Of a DNA stretch of 64,000 nucleotides, positions 1 through 11,531 are shown one piece after another. A program made the translations under genes and the position numbers. Origin of the DNA: Microbotryum violaceum (taxonomy: Eukaryota). The first letter of the stretch is position 1, and each line of letters begins with the position of its first letter. The stretch is from NCBI GenBank assembly GCA_001244265.2, contig CDLV01000008.1, forward strand, positions 1,364,001-1,428,000, written 5' to 3'. A model generated the notes under the pieces. That model did not search any database. It saw nothing but the letters and a program-made list of their open reading frames with translations, and was not told where the DNA came from.

Positions 1-1
1 T

Positions 2-1524
2 TGTCCTCCCCCCGAGCTCCAGAAATACGCTCCAGTCATCCATGGAGTCGCACCGGAGTCGATCATCCAAAACGGCAACACCCGGTTCAAGTTCGTGGTG
101 CGCTGCGCTAGCGCAGCGGCGCTCGACCAAGTCCACGACGCGGCGACCAAGATCGAGTGGAAACGCTCCTTTGCCCAAGTCCGCAAGCGCTTGGCGTTCG
201 TCAAGAACGTCGTCGAACTGCGTTTCATCATCAGTCCTGAGGCTGAATACACGAATGACGACCTCTGGAGCAAACTGCAAGGCGTCGTCGCCAAGCTTAC
301 CGGGGACGGCCACAAATGCGACTTGCTCCAACTCCAGCAGCCTCTAACAGTCGTTCAAGGCTCGTATCTCGTTGCTCGAGGAAACTACGCGGCCATCGTC
401 CAGTTCGAGGACGACGATCTGTTCAAAAACAACGGTGCTCAACTTCGACAGGTTCTACCGACGAGGATCGACCTTCGAGGACGACTCGCAACTCTCACCC
501 CCCTTCGCCACGACTACGAGGCCGAAGCCTCCTGCCGCCGATGCGGTTTTGTAGGCCACTCCGACAACTGCGTTCAAAAGCCGGTCCAGCGTCAGCAGGC
601 CGCCCAGAAAAATAACAACAACCAAAGGCCCCAGGCCGAGCCCCAAAGCAGCATCGAGCAAACCTCGACCCCCCAAAAACAACGCAGAGGTGATGTAGCC
701 TCTCCCTCTCCCCAATGTCCCCTGTCGCGTCCAAGCGTTCAAAGAAGAACGCATCTCCCACAAGGGCCACTAACAACTCACCACGAGTCTACCCTGCTCG
801 TTCACAAAGCTCTACACCCACAGCATCCGCCCTTTGCGGTTTCATCGTCGCCGCAAACCCATTCGCAAGTCTGGCCGGCGACGTGGCCGAAGAGGCGCAG
901 GGGGAGCCCGCTCAGGCTCTCGAGGACGACGAGGACGCGATGAGCGTAGTCGAGGCACAGCTGGAACCACAGCAGGAGGTGCCGCCGTTGGAGCCTTCGG
1001 ATCTGTCGGATCTGCAGGACCGCGGAGCGGAGGGGAACCAGGAGGAACACACGGAGACGAGTGACGCGGAAGAAGGGGAATCGCAGTCGGCCGAGACGGG
1101 GTCTATGCCTGAGGTTGTCTCGACGACCCCTGAGCTGACGCGGTTCCGATCGGCCAGTCACCATCAGCTTGATATGGACGGCCTTCCTGACGACTGGATG
1201 AATCGTGTGTCGGATCGCGAGCGCAAACAGGATGCCGGTCTGTACGATGAGATCACCGAGTTGGACCGCACCCCGTCTGTGACCGGTTGGATGCCTTCGC
1301 CGTCTCCAGGTCCAGTGTGTGATCCCGAGCCCGAGCCCAAGCAGGAGGTGGAAGAAGGAACTTCCCAGGGTCTTCGCCGGTCCGAGCGTATCCAGCGTCT
1401 CACCAGCGTTGCGCGCACATCGGACTGGAACGAATCGACTGCTGCGGACCCTCTCCCGTCACCCACATTCGGACCTATGTTGTCCATCAAGGGAGCTGCT
1501 GCTGCAACGAAGGCGCAATCGTAA
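2..1524 (+). CDS. Family A ORF1 (gag-like, partial, one frameshift within 715-943)
   Basis: Zinc knuckle CRRCGFVGHSDNC; aligns by eye with family C ORF1 (LRHDYE.EA.C.RC.FVGH); acidic disordered C-terminus; its stop overlaps the ORF2 start (TAATG). Confidence 0.8.
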
Positions 1525-4500
1525 TGATTGACTTCATCATCATGACCTGGAACGTCAACAGGGGCTTCAATACCCCTGAACGACGTCGTCTGCTTCTTTC
1601 GTATCTCACTTCGCTCACACCTCCCCCTTCTGCTATCCTTCTCCAGGAACATAATGTTCCTAAAGCACGACAATCTCACATACGCCACGAGTACGCCCAG
1701 TCCCACCAGGGCGAGGCCTACTTTTCTCAACACTGCCTCACTTTGATTCCAAGCTCTTCTCCTCTTCTCGGTGGTCATCGTCGCACGCGTCAGTCTCTTG
1801 GCGGGCGCTTACTCGTGACCACCTTCGATGTGCGGGGTTCGACGGACGTCGTCGAACTCAACAATATCTACGCTCCGGTTCAACCCGCCGAGCGCCTCCT
1901 CTTCTTCACCTCCCTTCACTTTCGGGCGACCGTCTCCTCTCACATTCGGTTCATCGCGGGCGATCTGAACGACTGCCCTATTCCCGCGGTGGATCGAGCG
2001 CAACAGGTGGACCGCCCGAACACCCACCACTGGCCTGTGCTTATGTCTCGGCTTGACGGGGCGTACACGGATGCCATTCGGCTCATGCACCCACTGTCGC
2101 CGGCGACCACGCGCCCACATCTCAGCAAGGACGGCCAGCTCATTTCGCGCGCGCGCATCGACTTTGTTCTGGTGCAGCGGCGACACGAGCGACGGGTCGT
2201 TTCTGCTTCTACTCTGTACAATATCTCTCGATCCATGTCGGATCATCGACCGGTTACGGTCACATTTAGGCTGCGCGCAAGTGGTGCCGAGGTCGAAGAG
2301 GAGCTCTGCCTTCCCCAGGCGGCTCATTTTCTGACCCGCATCAACTCGTCGACCTTCAGACACGCCGAGTTTAAGGAGTTCGTCACTCGTCTCCTTGAGC
2401 AGGCACCGTCTGGGGATCCGGTCGCGGACCTTCAGCGCGTACTCTCGGAGTCTCGGGTCCAAGCTCTCGAGCTGTCTCGGCGTCTGTTTCGGGAGCGCAA
2501 CGCCCTCGAAATGATGCTGGTATCTCGACTGCAGGACATTGAGTCTCGTCGGGTGCTGAGCCCCTTCGATATTATCGACTGGACGAACACCCACGACGCT
2601 CTCACCAAACTTGTGAACGAGCGAGCAAGGCAGTCCCGGATCAGGGCGCACGTGCCCGAGATTGCATCCGAGGAACGTCTCAGTCGTCCGGTACATGCCA
2701 AACTGGCTGCTCGGTCCCGGGATGTGAAGTTTCAGAGTATCCGGCTCGCTGATGGCGAGCTCACCACTGACATGGAGCGCACGCTCGAGCACACCCATTC
2801 TCATTTCCAGCAGCACTACCTTGTCGAAGCGAAGGATCCGGAACAGGTCGTGACGATGCGGGATGAGCTCTTGGGACCCATCAGATCAGCAAGACCTTGT
2901 GACGACCCGCTTTCCGACGCTCGCTTCCTTCGGCGGTTCTCGAATTCGCACGCCGACATTCTGGCCGAGCCCATCAGCGAGGCCGAGGTGCTCGCAGCGA
3001 TTCGAACCACGCACGAAGGTCGATCTCCGGGTCCTTCAGGGGTCCCCTATGAGATGTATCGAGCCTGCCCCCTGCTTTGGGCCCCTCTCTTGACTCGAGC
3101 CTACAACGAGCTGATTACTCGAGGCTCCCTTACTCCACAACAGAGCCAGGCCAATGTGCGCCTCTTGTTCAAACACAACAAACCTGGTGCAGCGCGGTGC
3201 GACCTCAAATCGTATCGTCCGATCACCTTGCGGGAATGCGACTACAAGATCTTCACCAAGGTCTACGTGGCTCGTCTGAACCGGATCCTCCCCGATGTTC
3301 TTCCGGCCGGACAGCATGGGTTCGTCAAGGGGCGAAGACCAGCGGACGCGGCTTTGCATCTGCGGCTCCTGATCGATGAGATTAGGGGTCGTGGGGCAGA
3401 GTTCCCGACAGCAGCGCTCCTCTCCCTGGATCAGAGCTCGGCTTACGACATGGTCGAGCACGACTGGGTCTTTGCGGTGTTTGAGGCTCTCGGCGCGCCG
3501 GAATCTTTCCAGCGCGTCTTGCGGATGCTCTACAACGGCGAGACGTCCACAGCGCGGTACATTGTCAACGGTTTCCTTACCGAGACGGTGCGACTCCTGT
3601 GCGGTCTTGGCCAGGGCGATCCTCTCTCTTCTTCTGTCTGGGATGTGGTATTCCAACCCTTCCTTGATTCTCTCAGTCGACGCAACATTGCGCTGACTAT
3701 CACTCTTCCGGAGCTGGCTCATCGTCCGCAGACTCGATGCATCACCAATTTGGCGTTCGCGGATGACGCCGTCGTCGCTGTTGCTGGGCCGGAAGCTATT
3801 GCTTCGCTCGAGGCGTTAGCTCGGGATTGGCGACTCGCGACGAACGGACGTCTAAACACCGACAAAACTGTGGTGATGCCATTGGGCGCGACGTTGTGGG
3901 ATCGCGCGGACTTGTCCAAACTGTCGTTCGTGGCACCGGACGAGTCTCTTCCCTGGATCGGTCTCCAGTTTGCGCCTGACGGCAACAACAGGCTGGGATT
4001 CCATGATCTTGAGCGAAGGGTTGATCGAGTGATTCTATCGGTGCGCGACCGATGGATGACGCACCATACCCGGGCTTTCTATCTTAACCGCTACGGCATC
4101 TCCAAGGTGCTGCACTCTCTCTCCGCCGACATCCCGCCATCCGACGTGATCAAGTCGATCGAGCGCAAGCTTGCTGACTTTGTGAAGGGAGGCCCGCGGC
4201 GCAGCGACTACAAGCAATCGGTCGTCTTCACGGCACGGGCACGAGGCGGTCTCAGCGTCGTGAGCATCCAGGATGTGGTGGATTCAGTCTCGGTACGGAT
4301 CTGGGATGTGCTGGCCGGCGGGTCAACTGCGATTTGGGGCGATCTGGCTCGGAGTTCCATCCGGCGAGCGCTTCCGACCTTTGACTTTGCTGCGGATCTG
4401 TGGACGTGGAGGAACGCCGACGCACCCCGGGAGCTACATCCCCGCTGGCGAGCGGTGCTCTCGGTCGCTGAACGCTACCCTGCCGTCGTCGATCCTGCCA

Positions 4501-5531
4501 AACTTTCGGTCTCCAATCTTCTTTCTCTTTCCCCCCTCCAACCGGGTCTGCATGACTCGCGGGCGTTCTCGGAGCAGGATAAGCGTTTGGCGAAGCATTT
4601 CAGTTTCGAACGCACCATCGCTGACATCTATGCTCGAGCTCAATACCCCGCAGCTCCAACGGTGCCCTGGACCCCTGAGAAGCATCCCCAAGGCGACGGC
4701 TCGGAGCTGTCCAACCTTTGGCAATGGAAGCGCGATCAAGTCCAGGCGTGGATCCAGGTCGCAGGCGATCGCTTCATCCCGCCGCTTCCGCCTCCTGTTC
4801 CCGTCCTCGCACGTCGACCACCCGTCATTCGTGTCGTTGGAGCACCTGGAGCCCGGCCCGGCGGTCCCCTCGAGCACATCTTGCCCAGAGCGACTCCGGT
4901 CGGCATGCCTGATCAAAGACTTCCCCTCCCCTCCGCCCCCTTGCTTGCTAATCAGTGGAGAATGTTGAGCTTGGACAGACCCTACACCATTGCGCGACTT
5001 CGACGCGTCATCAACCATCGACGTTTCGACGACACACAACGCCCTGGATCACTCGCCACACCCAAAGAAAGGCGACTCTTCTGGGGGTGGTTCCACACCG
5101 GGCCCGCCACGGCCCGCGAGCGCGAGGTGCACTTCAAGCTGGCGTACCACTTCACGCCAACGCGGAAGCGCCAGTTTGTGCAGCGGCATGGCGACTCGGC
5201 CTGCTGCCTTGTGCAGGCATGCAGCCTGGCAGGGGTGGAGGATGACTTTACTCACTTTTGGCATGATTGCCCTGACTCTTCTCAATTTTGGCAAGCAGCT
5301 AGGTCCATTCTCTGCGACGCGCTGGGGGTCGTGTCGATCCTCGACCTCGACTACACGGCACTTCAGATCGAGCACGGCCTCCCTCGACTGCGCGCTCGCC
5401 TTCCGACGTCGAAAAAGCGTCCAATCCGCGCCTTCATTGCGCTGGCGCTCGACACTCTCAGCAACCGACGCTGGATCTCCATCGCCACGCCAGAGCGATG
5501 TCGAGCATGGACAAGGAGATGGCGGGACTGA
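1524..5531 (+). CDS. Family A ORF2: APE endonuclease, reverse transcriptase, C-terminal zinc-binding motif
   Basis: TWNVN, LQE, GDLN, RIDF, SDH (endonuclease); SPGPSG, YRPITL, QHGF, GLGQGDPLS, FADD (RT); C..C...HFWHDC. Confidence 0.95.
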   Translation: MIDFIIMTWNVNRGFNTPERRRLLLSYLTSLTPPPSAILLQEHNVPKARQSHIRHEYAQSHQGEAYFSQHCLTLIPSSSPLLGGHRRTRQSLGGRLLVTTFDVRGSTDVVELNNIYAPVQPAERLLFFTSLHFRATVSSHIRFIAGDLNDCPIPAVDRAQQVDRPNTHHWPVLMSRLDGAYTDAIRLMHPLSPATTRPHLSKDGQLISRARIDFVLVQRRHERRVVSASTLYNISRSMSDHRPVTVTFRLRASGAEVEEELCLPQAAHFLTRINSSTFRHAEFKEFVTRLLEQAPSGDPVADLQRVLSESRVQALELSRRLFRERNALEMMLVSRLQDIESRRVLSPFDIIDWTNTHDALTKLVNERARQSRIRAHVPEIASEERLSRPVHAKLAARSRDVKFQSIRLADGELTTDMERTLEHTHSHFQQHYLVEAKDPEQVVTMRDELLGPIRSARPCDDPLSDARFLRRFSNSHADILAEPISEAEVLAAIRTTHEGRSPGPSGVPYEMYRACPLLWAPLLTRAYNELITRGSLTPQQSQANVRLLFKHNKPGAARCDLKSYRPITLRECDYKIFTKVYVARLNRILPDVLPAGQHGFVKGRRPADAALHLRLLIDEIRGRGAEFPTAALLSLDQSSAYDMVEHDWVFAVFEALGAPESFQRVLRMLYNGETSTARYIVNGFLTETVRLLCGLGQGDPLSSSVWDVVFQPFLDSLSRRNIALTITLPELAHRPQTRCITNLAFADDAVVAVAGPEAIASLEALARDWRLATNGRLNTDKTVVMPLGATLWDRADLSKLSFVAPDESLPWIGLQFAPDGNNRLGFHDLERRVDRVILSVRDRWMTHHTRAFYLNRYGISKVLHSLSADIPPSDVIKSIERKLADFVKGGPRRSDYKQSVVFTARARGGLSVVSIQDVVDSVSVRIWDVLAGGSTAIWGDLARSSIRRALPTFDFAADLWTWRNADAPRELHPRWRAVLSVAERYPAVVDPAKLSVSNLLSLSPLQPGLHDSRAFSEQDKRLAKHFSFERTIADIYARAQYPAAPTVPWTPEKHPQGDGSELSNLWQWKRDQVQAWIQVAGDRFIPPLPPPVPVLARRPPVIRVVGAPGARPGGPLEHILPRATPVGMPDQRLPLPSAPLLANQWRMLSLDRPYTIARLRRVINHRRFDDTQRPGSLATPKERRLFWGWFHTGPATAREREVHFKLAYHFTPTRKRQFVQRHGDSACCLVQACSLAGVEDDFTHFWHDCPDSSQFWQAARSILCDALGVVSILDLDYTALQIEHGLPRLRARLPTSKKRPIRAFIALALDTLSNRRWISIATPERCRAWTRRWRD

Positions 5532-8500
5532 AGGAGAGGTTGGAGCTCAGATTGGCGCGATGAAGTAGATGTCCCTCCCTCCCTATCCAAGCAAAAACCA
5601 AACCCCCAAAAAATCACAAGTCCCTTTTCCCTCCTTCTCAGTCTCCAAAATGTCTCCCAAACACGCCAGAATACTGAACCTGTTTTCTCTCGCTCTTTTT
5701 GCCATTCCTCCTCATAGGCTTCCGTACTCCCCAGGAGCCTCGGGTTCTTTGCGCCGGCGGGCATTGTCGCCCTTGGTTCGAGCTTCTGCCACATCACGAT
5801 GACACACAGCGAAAACGGATCCCCTTGGCCCTCTCCTGGACTATACCGTGAGTTTTCCACTCCTCTCAAGGGCCGGGTCTGTCTTCTCTTTCGGTCGAGC
5901 GACCCCGTGATCTCCTGTTCAAGGCCGGCACAAACTGCCTGCGTGGCTCGCCTCTCCTTGCTTTGCTGCTCGCTCGGAGTCGCGGCCCGCGGCGGGTGAC
6001 TCGGGTACCGAACCGCCATACACATCCACACGCGAGCGAGGTCCCACCCAATGACATCACCGTCGTGGGCCTCATGCTCCTTCTTTCCCCAGTATCTGCG
6101 GTGATTGGGAACCACCTGCACGTACAAGGGGACTCGAGTGTGCGTTCCGAGATTGGGAGTACGCCGCAGGGAAGCGAGGCCCCTGCGGAAGGTATACCCC
6201 GCCCTTGTCTCCAGCCGCGCGCCGGTGTTGACGGCCACCCGCCCGCGCTGCACCCGACCGAGGCGTGTCCAATGGACTGTCACATGCTCCGTGACTTTCC
6301 CCGGAAATCTCTGGATTGTGTGTTTTTGTGCGAAGTAGGCCTGTTTCGCAGTTGCAGTCATTGGAATGGGGGTGATCTGGGGTCGTGCGGTCGCGAGGGG
6401 GGCCGACTTTGGTAACCGAAAAGGGGTTTGGAATCCGCAGTGGAGATCCAGCGCAGACGGGTACAAGGGGTATGTGATTGCTGCGGTCGCAGGGGGTTAC
6501 ATTCCCCCTTTGGACCACGTGAATCATTTGGATTGAGCGGGATGTTTGTGCCATCGGAGGCCTTGTTCGACGCGTCTCAAAGAATTAAGGGGCTTCAAGG
6601 AGTATGGCGGTCTCAGGGGGGGCTGAAGTCAAAAGATCGAAGAAGGTTCAACTGTACGACTATAATCGGATTCGCCTGTACAACACATGTACCATCACCA
6701 ACGACTCATCCATCTTTTCCCGATTCCTTGTGTATAATCTTCAACCTTCCTTTCATTCGTCTCTGGGAGGGAGCAACCGTGGGTGGGGGGACTTGAACTC
6801 GGATGTATCGGGTTGGTCTGTTCTGCTAGTTACAACGCATCAAGCGGCGGTTGTGGTCATCATCGTGCATGCTGGGTAGCATCTCCTTTAGTTCCGTAGG
6901 GGGTTTTCTCGTCTTGCAAATTAGCGATGAGTTTCATACAAAAAAAATATATAGTCAAAAATAGTCGCTGATCTGATTTGATCATGATTGAGTCCCTCAC
7001 CGTGTTGACGTTCAACGTCCGATCGATCAAGAACGCAGTCAACCAAGTCAAAATCATCCGCTATCTAAAAACCCTTCGGCCGGCCCCTGCGGCCATTCTC
7101 CTGCAAGAGCACCACCTCAGCTACAACGCGTCGCGCGAAGGCTTCGAGAGTGCTTGCCCAGGGGCTTGTATTCGTTTCACTCCTCATGTCCTTACCCTCA
7201 TACCCGATGGCTCACCTTTGGCGGGCCATCTCCTTTCCTCTACCCCGGTCGTCTTTGCAGGAGCTCCTCGTCTCGACGGCCGGATTCTGCGCTCGGTGTT
7301 TCGTCTTGAGGAGCTCGATGTTGAGATCATCAACATGTACGCGCCGGTACAGGAGGACGATCGTCGCGACTTTTTCGGGCTCCTGCATTTCAACGCCCCG
7401 AGACCCAAGACTCTTCGGATCTTGGCCGGCGATCTCAATGATTGTCCGGATGTATCGGTCGACCGAGTGTCCATCACCGATCGCGCTTGGACTCCTGTAT
7501 CGCACTGGCAGACCTTGCTGTCAAAGATCGCGTTCAAGGCACTCGACACGGTCCGACATGTCCATTCTTGCACCCCCGCATTCACTCGTCCTCACTACCG
7601 TGGTAGAGGGGAGGAGCGAAAGATTTGCTCGTGGTCGCGGATCGACTATATTCTTGTCCAATGCAGTTGGGCAAACCGGTTGTTGAGCGCTTCTACGCTC
7701 TTCGACGCGCCCTGTTCGGACCACAGACCTGTAGTTGCGACTTTCGCATTGCCTACGTCGAACGCTGATGCCGAACCCCCCTTTCTCTTCCCTCTACGAG
7801 CGATTTCATTTCGAGGCTCAACCCAACGGTCTTTGACGATCAAGACTTTGTCGCATCGATTCCCGGGGTCGTCGACGAGGTCTATCGAAGGCTCGAGGGG
7901 ACCGCTCCGCTCGGCGACGTCTATGACGCCGCTCTGCGGGCGGTTGCAGTCGCTGGCCATGCACGATACCGCTCGACTCGTGCCGACATGCGCCGACTGC
8001 GGGCCGAGAGCCAATCCGTCATGGAGGCTTTGGAGGCACGCGGTGAGCACATGAATGAGGCCGAGCGCGATGCGTATGCTTTTGCCAAGTCGCGGTTGGA
8101 CCAGTTGGCGGTAAAGGAGGCTCAGTGGCTGCGCATTCGTGCGCATGTGCCGTCAGTCGACTCGAGGGAAGGTCAATCGGCAAGCATTCGCACGCGTCTC
8201 AACCGCCGGAGTCGCCAGACGAGCATCGTCTCGCTGGAGGATGTGGATGGCACCGAGACCGTTGACATGCAGGAGGCGCTGGGCATTGCTTCACGGCACG
8301 CACAGTCGCTCTTCACGCCGGACCCAGCTCGTGGCGACCCGACGAACCCACGTCGGTCCCTGCTCGACCCTATTCGCGCGGCGAAATGCTACGATGACGA
8401 CCGCTCGGACCCTACGTTCGGTCGTCGGCTGCTCCTTCAAGCCAGAGTGGCGCTTGACGAGCCCTTCAACCTTTCCGAGGTCGAAGCGGCGTTGAAGAAG

Positions 8501-9511
8501 ACGGATTCGGGGCGATCACCGGGGCCCTCGGGCATTCCGTACGAGCTCTTCAAGGCGCTGCCAACCTACTTTGCTCCCAAGCTGTTGGATTTGTTCAACT
8601 CGATTTGGGAGGGGGGTAAAATGACGGCGTCCTTGGCAGAGGGGCTGGTGCGGCTTTTGCCCAAGAACAAACCGGGGGCCAATCTGAAATCACTGGGGGC
8701 ATATCGACCGATCACACTGCGCGAGACGACCTACAAGGTCCTCAGCAAGGTCTTGGTGGCGCGACTCAATGGGGTGCTCGGCGAGCTTTTGCCGCCGGCG
8801 CAACACGGGTTCATGCCATCAAGACGTTCAGCAGACGCGGGAAGTCATCTCACTCTCCTTCTCGAAAAACTCAAGTCGCTAGGCACTGAAGTTTTCCCCG
8901 AGGGCGCCCTCTTGTCCTTGGATCAGCAGAGCGCGTACGATCGGGTCGATCACGCATGGATCTTCGACGTCTTCGAGGCCTTTGGCTTTGGTGAGCGTTT
9001 CATTTCCCTGCTGCGCGCTCTGTACGATCCCGAGACTCTGGGGGTGCGCTACCTCATCAATGGGTTCCCCACGGAGTTGGTGCGGTTGCTGTGTGGTCTC
9101 GGTCAGGGGGATCCCCTCTCGTGCCCGGTTTGGAACATCACGTTCCAGCCCTTCCTCGACGCCCTCGTTCGGCGCGGGATCGCGCTCGACCTGCAGAAGG
9201 TGTGGCCAGGGGGGCCGCGTGGGCAGCTTACGCATCTGGCGTTTGCCGACGATGCTGTGGTGGTAGTGGAGTCACCGGCGGCATTGTCGAAGCTGGAAAC
9301 GCTGTCGCAGACGTGGTACGAGGCAATCAACGGGAAGACCAACACGGACAAGACGCTGGTGCTACCACTCGGACCGAACTGGCTTCGGGACGAGACTGCG
9401 CAGGCGCTGCCAACGGTGCAGGAGGGGGAGAGCTTCAAGTGGTGCGGCTATGCCTTCTTTCGCCACGGTGACTCGAAACTGTTTTGGACCCATGTTCTTG
9501 ACAGGATCAAG

Positions 9512-9755
9512 TGTAGAAATCGAACAGCGATGTGCTGAACGAGTTGGCGGCAGTGGCAAGCCAATGAGTTCGTAATCAAGTGGAGGTTGCAATAAAGGAG
9601 TTCTTCACACACCTGAACGAGTTGGCGGCAGTGGCAAGCCAATGAGTTCGTAATCAAGTGGAGAAGAAGAAGGAAAGACGCGATTGGACCGCGCGGCTAA
9701 TACAAATAGAGACGCGCGCTAGGCAGATTTAAGGCAAGAGTAATCTACCTCAACA
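9512..9755 (-). repeat. 3' LTR of copia-1, containing a 51-bp direct repeat at 78-bp spacing
   Basis: Matches 12684-12927; CTGAACGAGTTGGCGG...CAAGTGGAG occurs at 9535 and 9613. Confidence 0.95.
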
Positions 9756-11523
9756 CCCCCCCTTGCTCTTGGCCTGAAATGCGGCGCAGACCGATGGCGT
9801 CACAATGACGCTGGAAGACCACTCGCGGCAGCGGCTTGGTGAAAATGTCGGCAACCATATCGTGGGTTGGGATGTAGGTGACCGAGATCTCTCCATTCCG
9901 AACATGCTCCCGAACGAAATGCTCCAACATGCGCAAATGTTTGGTGCGAGCGTGGAAGACCGGATTCTGGGTGAGCGCTATAGCTCCCTGGTTATCCCCG
10001 AGAAGACGTAAAGGGGACGACGTATCGAGACCGAGTTCGGTGAGGAGCGAGCGAAGGAAGACAGCCTCCTTGGCTGCATGCGAGAGGCCCAGGTACTCCG
10101 CTTCCGTGGATGAACAAGCTACGCGAGGTTGGAGACGAGATGACCATGAGATGGCCCCACCCGCCAGTTTGAACAAGTAACCCATAGTGGACCTCGACGT
10201 CTGTATGTCCGATCCCCAGTCCGAGTCAGAGTACCCCTCGTACCCCAGCAGAGGGGCACTGGTGCGCGTGTAGTGTATGCCAAGATCGAGCGATCCTTTG
10301 ATGTAACGAAGGACGCGCTTGGCCGCCTCGAGGTGAGTGTCGCCAGCCTTGCCGACGAAACGTGACAGATATCCGACGGAGTGGGCTAGATCAGGGCGAG
10401 TGGCAACAACAGCGTACATGAGTGAGCCGATCATGGAACGGTAGATGGCATTGTCGGCGGAGTCTGTATCGGGTTCCGGCGAAAGCTGTAGGTTGGCTTC
10501 CATGGGTGACTTGCAGGGGTTGCAGTCGGACATGTTGAAGCGATCCAAGACGTCAAGGAGGTATTGACGCTGGAGAAGGGAGATCCCGCCATCGTCGTGT
10601 CGTACGACCTGAACCCCGAGTACCCATTCGGCCGGGCCGAGGCGTTTGACTCCGTAGAGGGTGTCGAGTTGGTCAAGGACTCGATCGATTTCCCCGAGAT
10701 CCGGCCCAAAGAAGAGTAGATCGTCGACGTAGAGTGCAATGTAGTGATCACCCCCAGCGTCCTCATGACGATAGATGCATTCGTCGCAGGCGAGGCGACG
10801 ATAGCCGAGACTCGCGAGCGTGGCGTTGATCGTGTCGTTCCACACTCGACCTGCCTGCTTGAGACCGTAGATCGATCGATGAAGGCGGAGGCATTTGCCT
10901 TCGTAGCCTTCGATGCCAGTTGGAACCCGCATGTAGATCTCCTCCTCCAGCACACCGTGAAGATAGGCCTTGTCAACGTCGGCTTGAATGATGTGGTGGC
11001 CCTTCGAGGCCGAGTGCGCGATGAGCGTGCGGATGGAGGTGTACTTAGCCGTGGGTGAGAAGGTGTTGTTGAAGCTGTTTGGGCCTTGTGCGCAGCCCTG
11101 TGCAACAATGCGGTTCTTCAGTGAAACCATCTTCCCGGCTTTGTCGCGTTTGGTTCGAAAGACGTGACGACTTGGTAAGATCGTAGCTCCTTTGGGCACG
11201 GAGGATAGTCCGACGACGCTGAACACCTTGAGATCGTCTTTCATCGAGCGGAATTCCTCAATGGCTCCCGCTTTCCATGCCGCGGCGTGAGGATGGCGCA
11301 TGGCCTCATTCCACGTGGTGGGATCACTGCTCGGGAGCGAGAACGGGTCCTCTGGTTCCGAGAGCGGTCGATTCGCCGTCGAGGCGTCAATGCCCGCCGC
11401 TTCGAGATCAGCAACAAGTTCGGTTACCTCCTTGCCTAGAGAGAATGCGAAGGCAGAAGGGGTCGAGCGCAAAGATGCTAGGGCGCCGTAACGAGCTGGG
11501 GGGTTGCGCGGGCGCGAACCCAC
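9745..11523 (-). CDS. copia-1 pol fragment: RT and RNase H
   Basis: KNRIVAQG, QADVDKAYLHG, SIYGLKQAGR, LYVDD, YSDSDW, SSTEAEY, GDNQGA, ADIFTKP. Confidence 0.93.
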   Translation of the reverse strand: MGSRPRNPPARYGALASLRSTPSAFAFSLGKEVTELVADLEAAGIDASTANRPLSEPEDPFSLPSSDPTTWNEAMRHPHAAAWKAGAIEEFRSMKDDLKVFSVVGLSSVPKGATILPSRHVFRTKRDKAGKMVSLKNRIVAQGCAQGPNSFNNTFSPTAKYTSIRTLIAHSASKGHHIIQADVDKAYLHGVLEEEIYMRVPTGIEGYEGKCLRLHRSIYGLKQAGRVWNDTINATLASLGYRRLACDECIYRHEDAGGDHYIALYVDDLLFFGPDLGEIDRVLDQLDTLYGVKRLGPAEWVLGVQVVRHDDGGISLLQRQYLLDVLDRFNMSDCNPCKSPMEANLQLSPEPDTDSADNAIYRSMIGSLMYAVVATRPDLAHSVGYLSRFVGKAGDTHLEAAKRVLRYIKGSLDLGIHYTRTSAPLLGYEGYSDSDWGSDIQTSRSTMGYLFKLAGGAISWSSRLQPRVACSSTEAEYLGLSHAAKEAVFLRSLLTELGLDTSSPLRLLGDNQGAIALTQNPVFHARTKHLRMLEHFVREHVRNGEISVTYIPTHDMVADIFTKPLPRVVFQRHCDAIGLRRISGQEQGGVLR

Positions 11524-11531
11524 GGGTGGCT

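Larger units (their letters stand above)
1..6947 (+). mobile_element. L1/Tx1-clade LINE, family A (5' end lies outside the window)
   Basis: ORF1, then an uninterrupted 1335-aa ORF2, a 3' UTR of about 1.4 kb and the terminus TTTCATAC followed by A8 (6940-6947). Confidence 0.93.

Noticed and set aside
5363-6466. 367-aa antisense ORF over the family A 3' UTR, and many other overlapping shadow ORFs
   Set aside because: No recognisable motifs; long shadow ORFs are expected in GC-rich DNA
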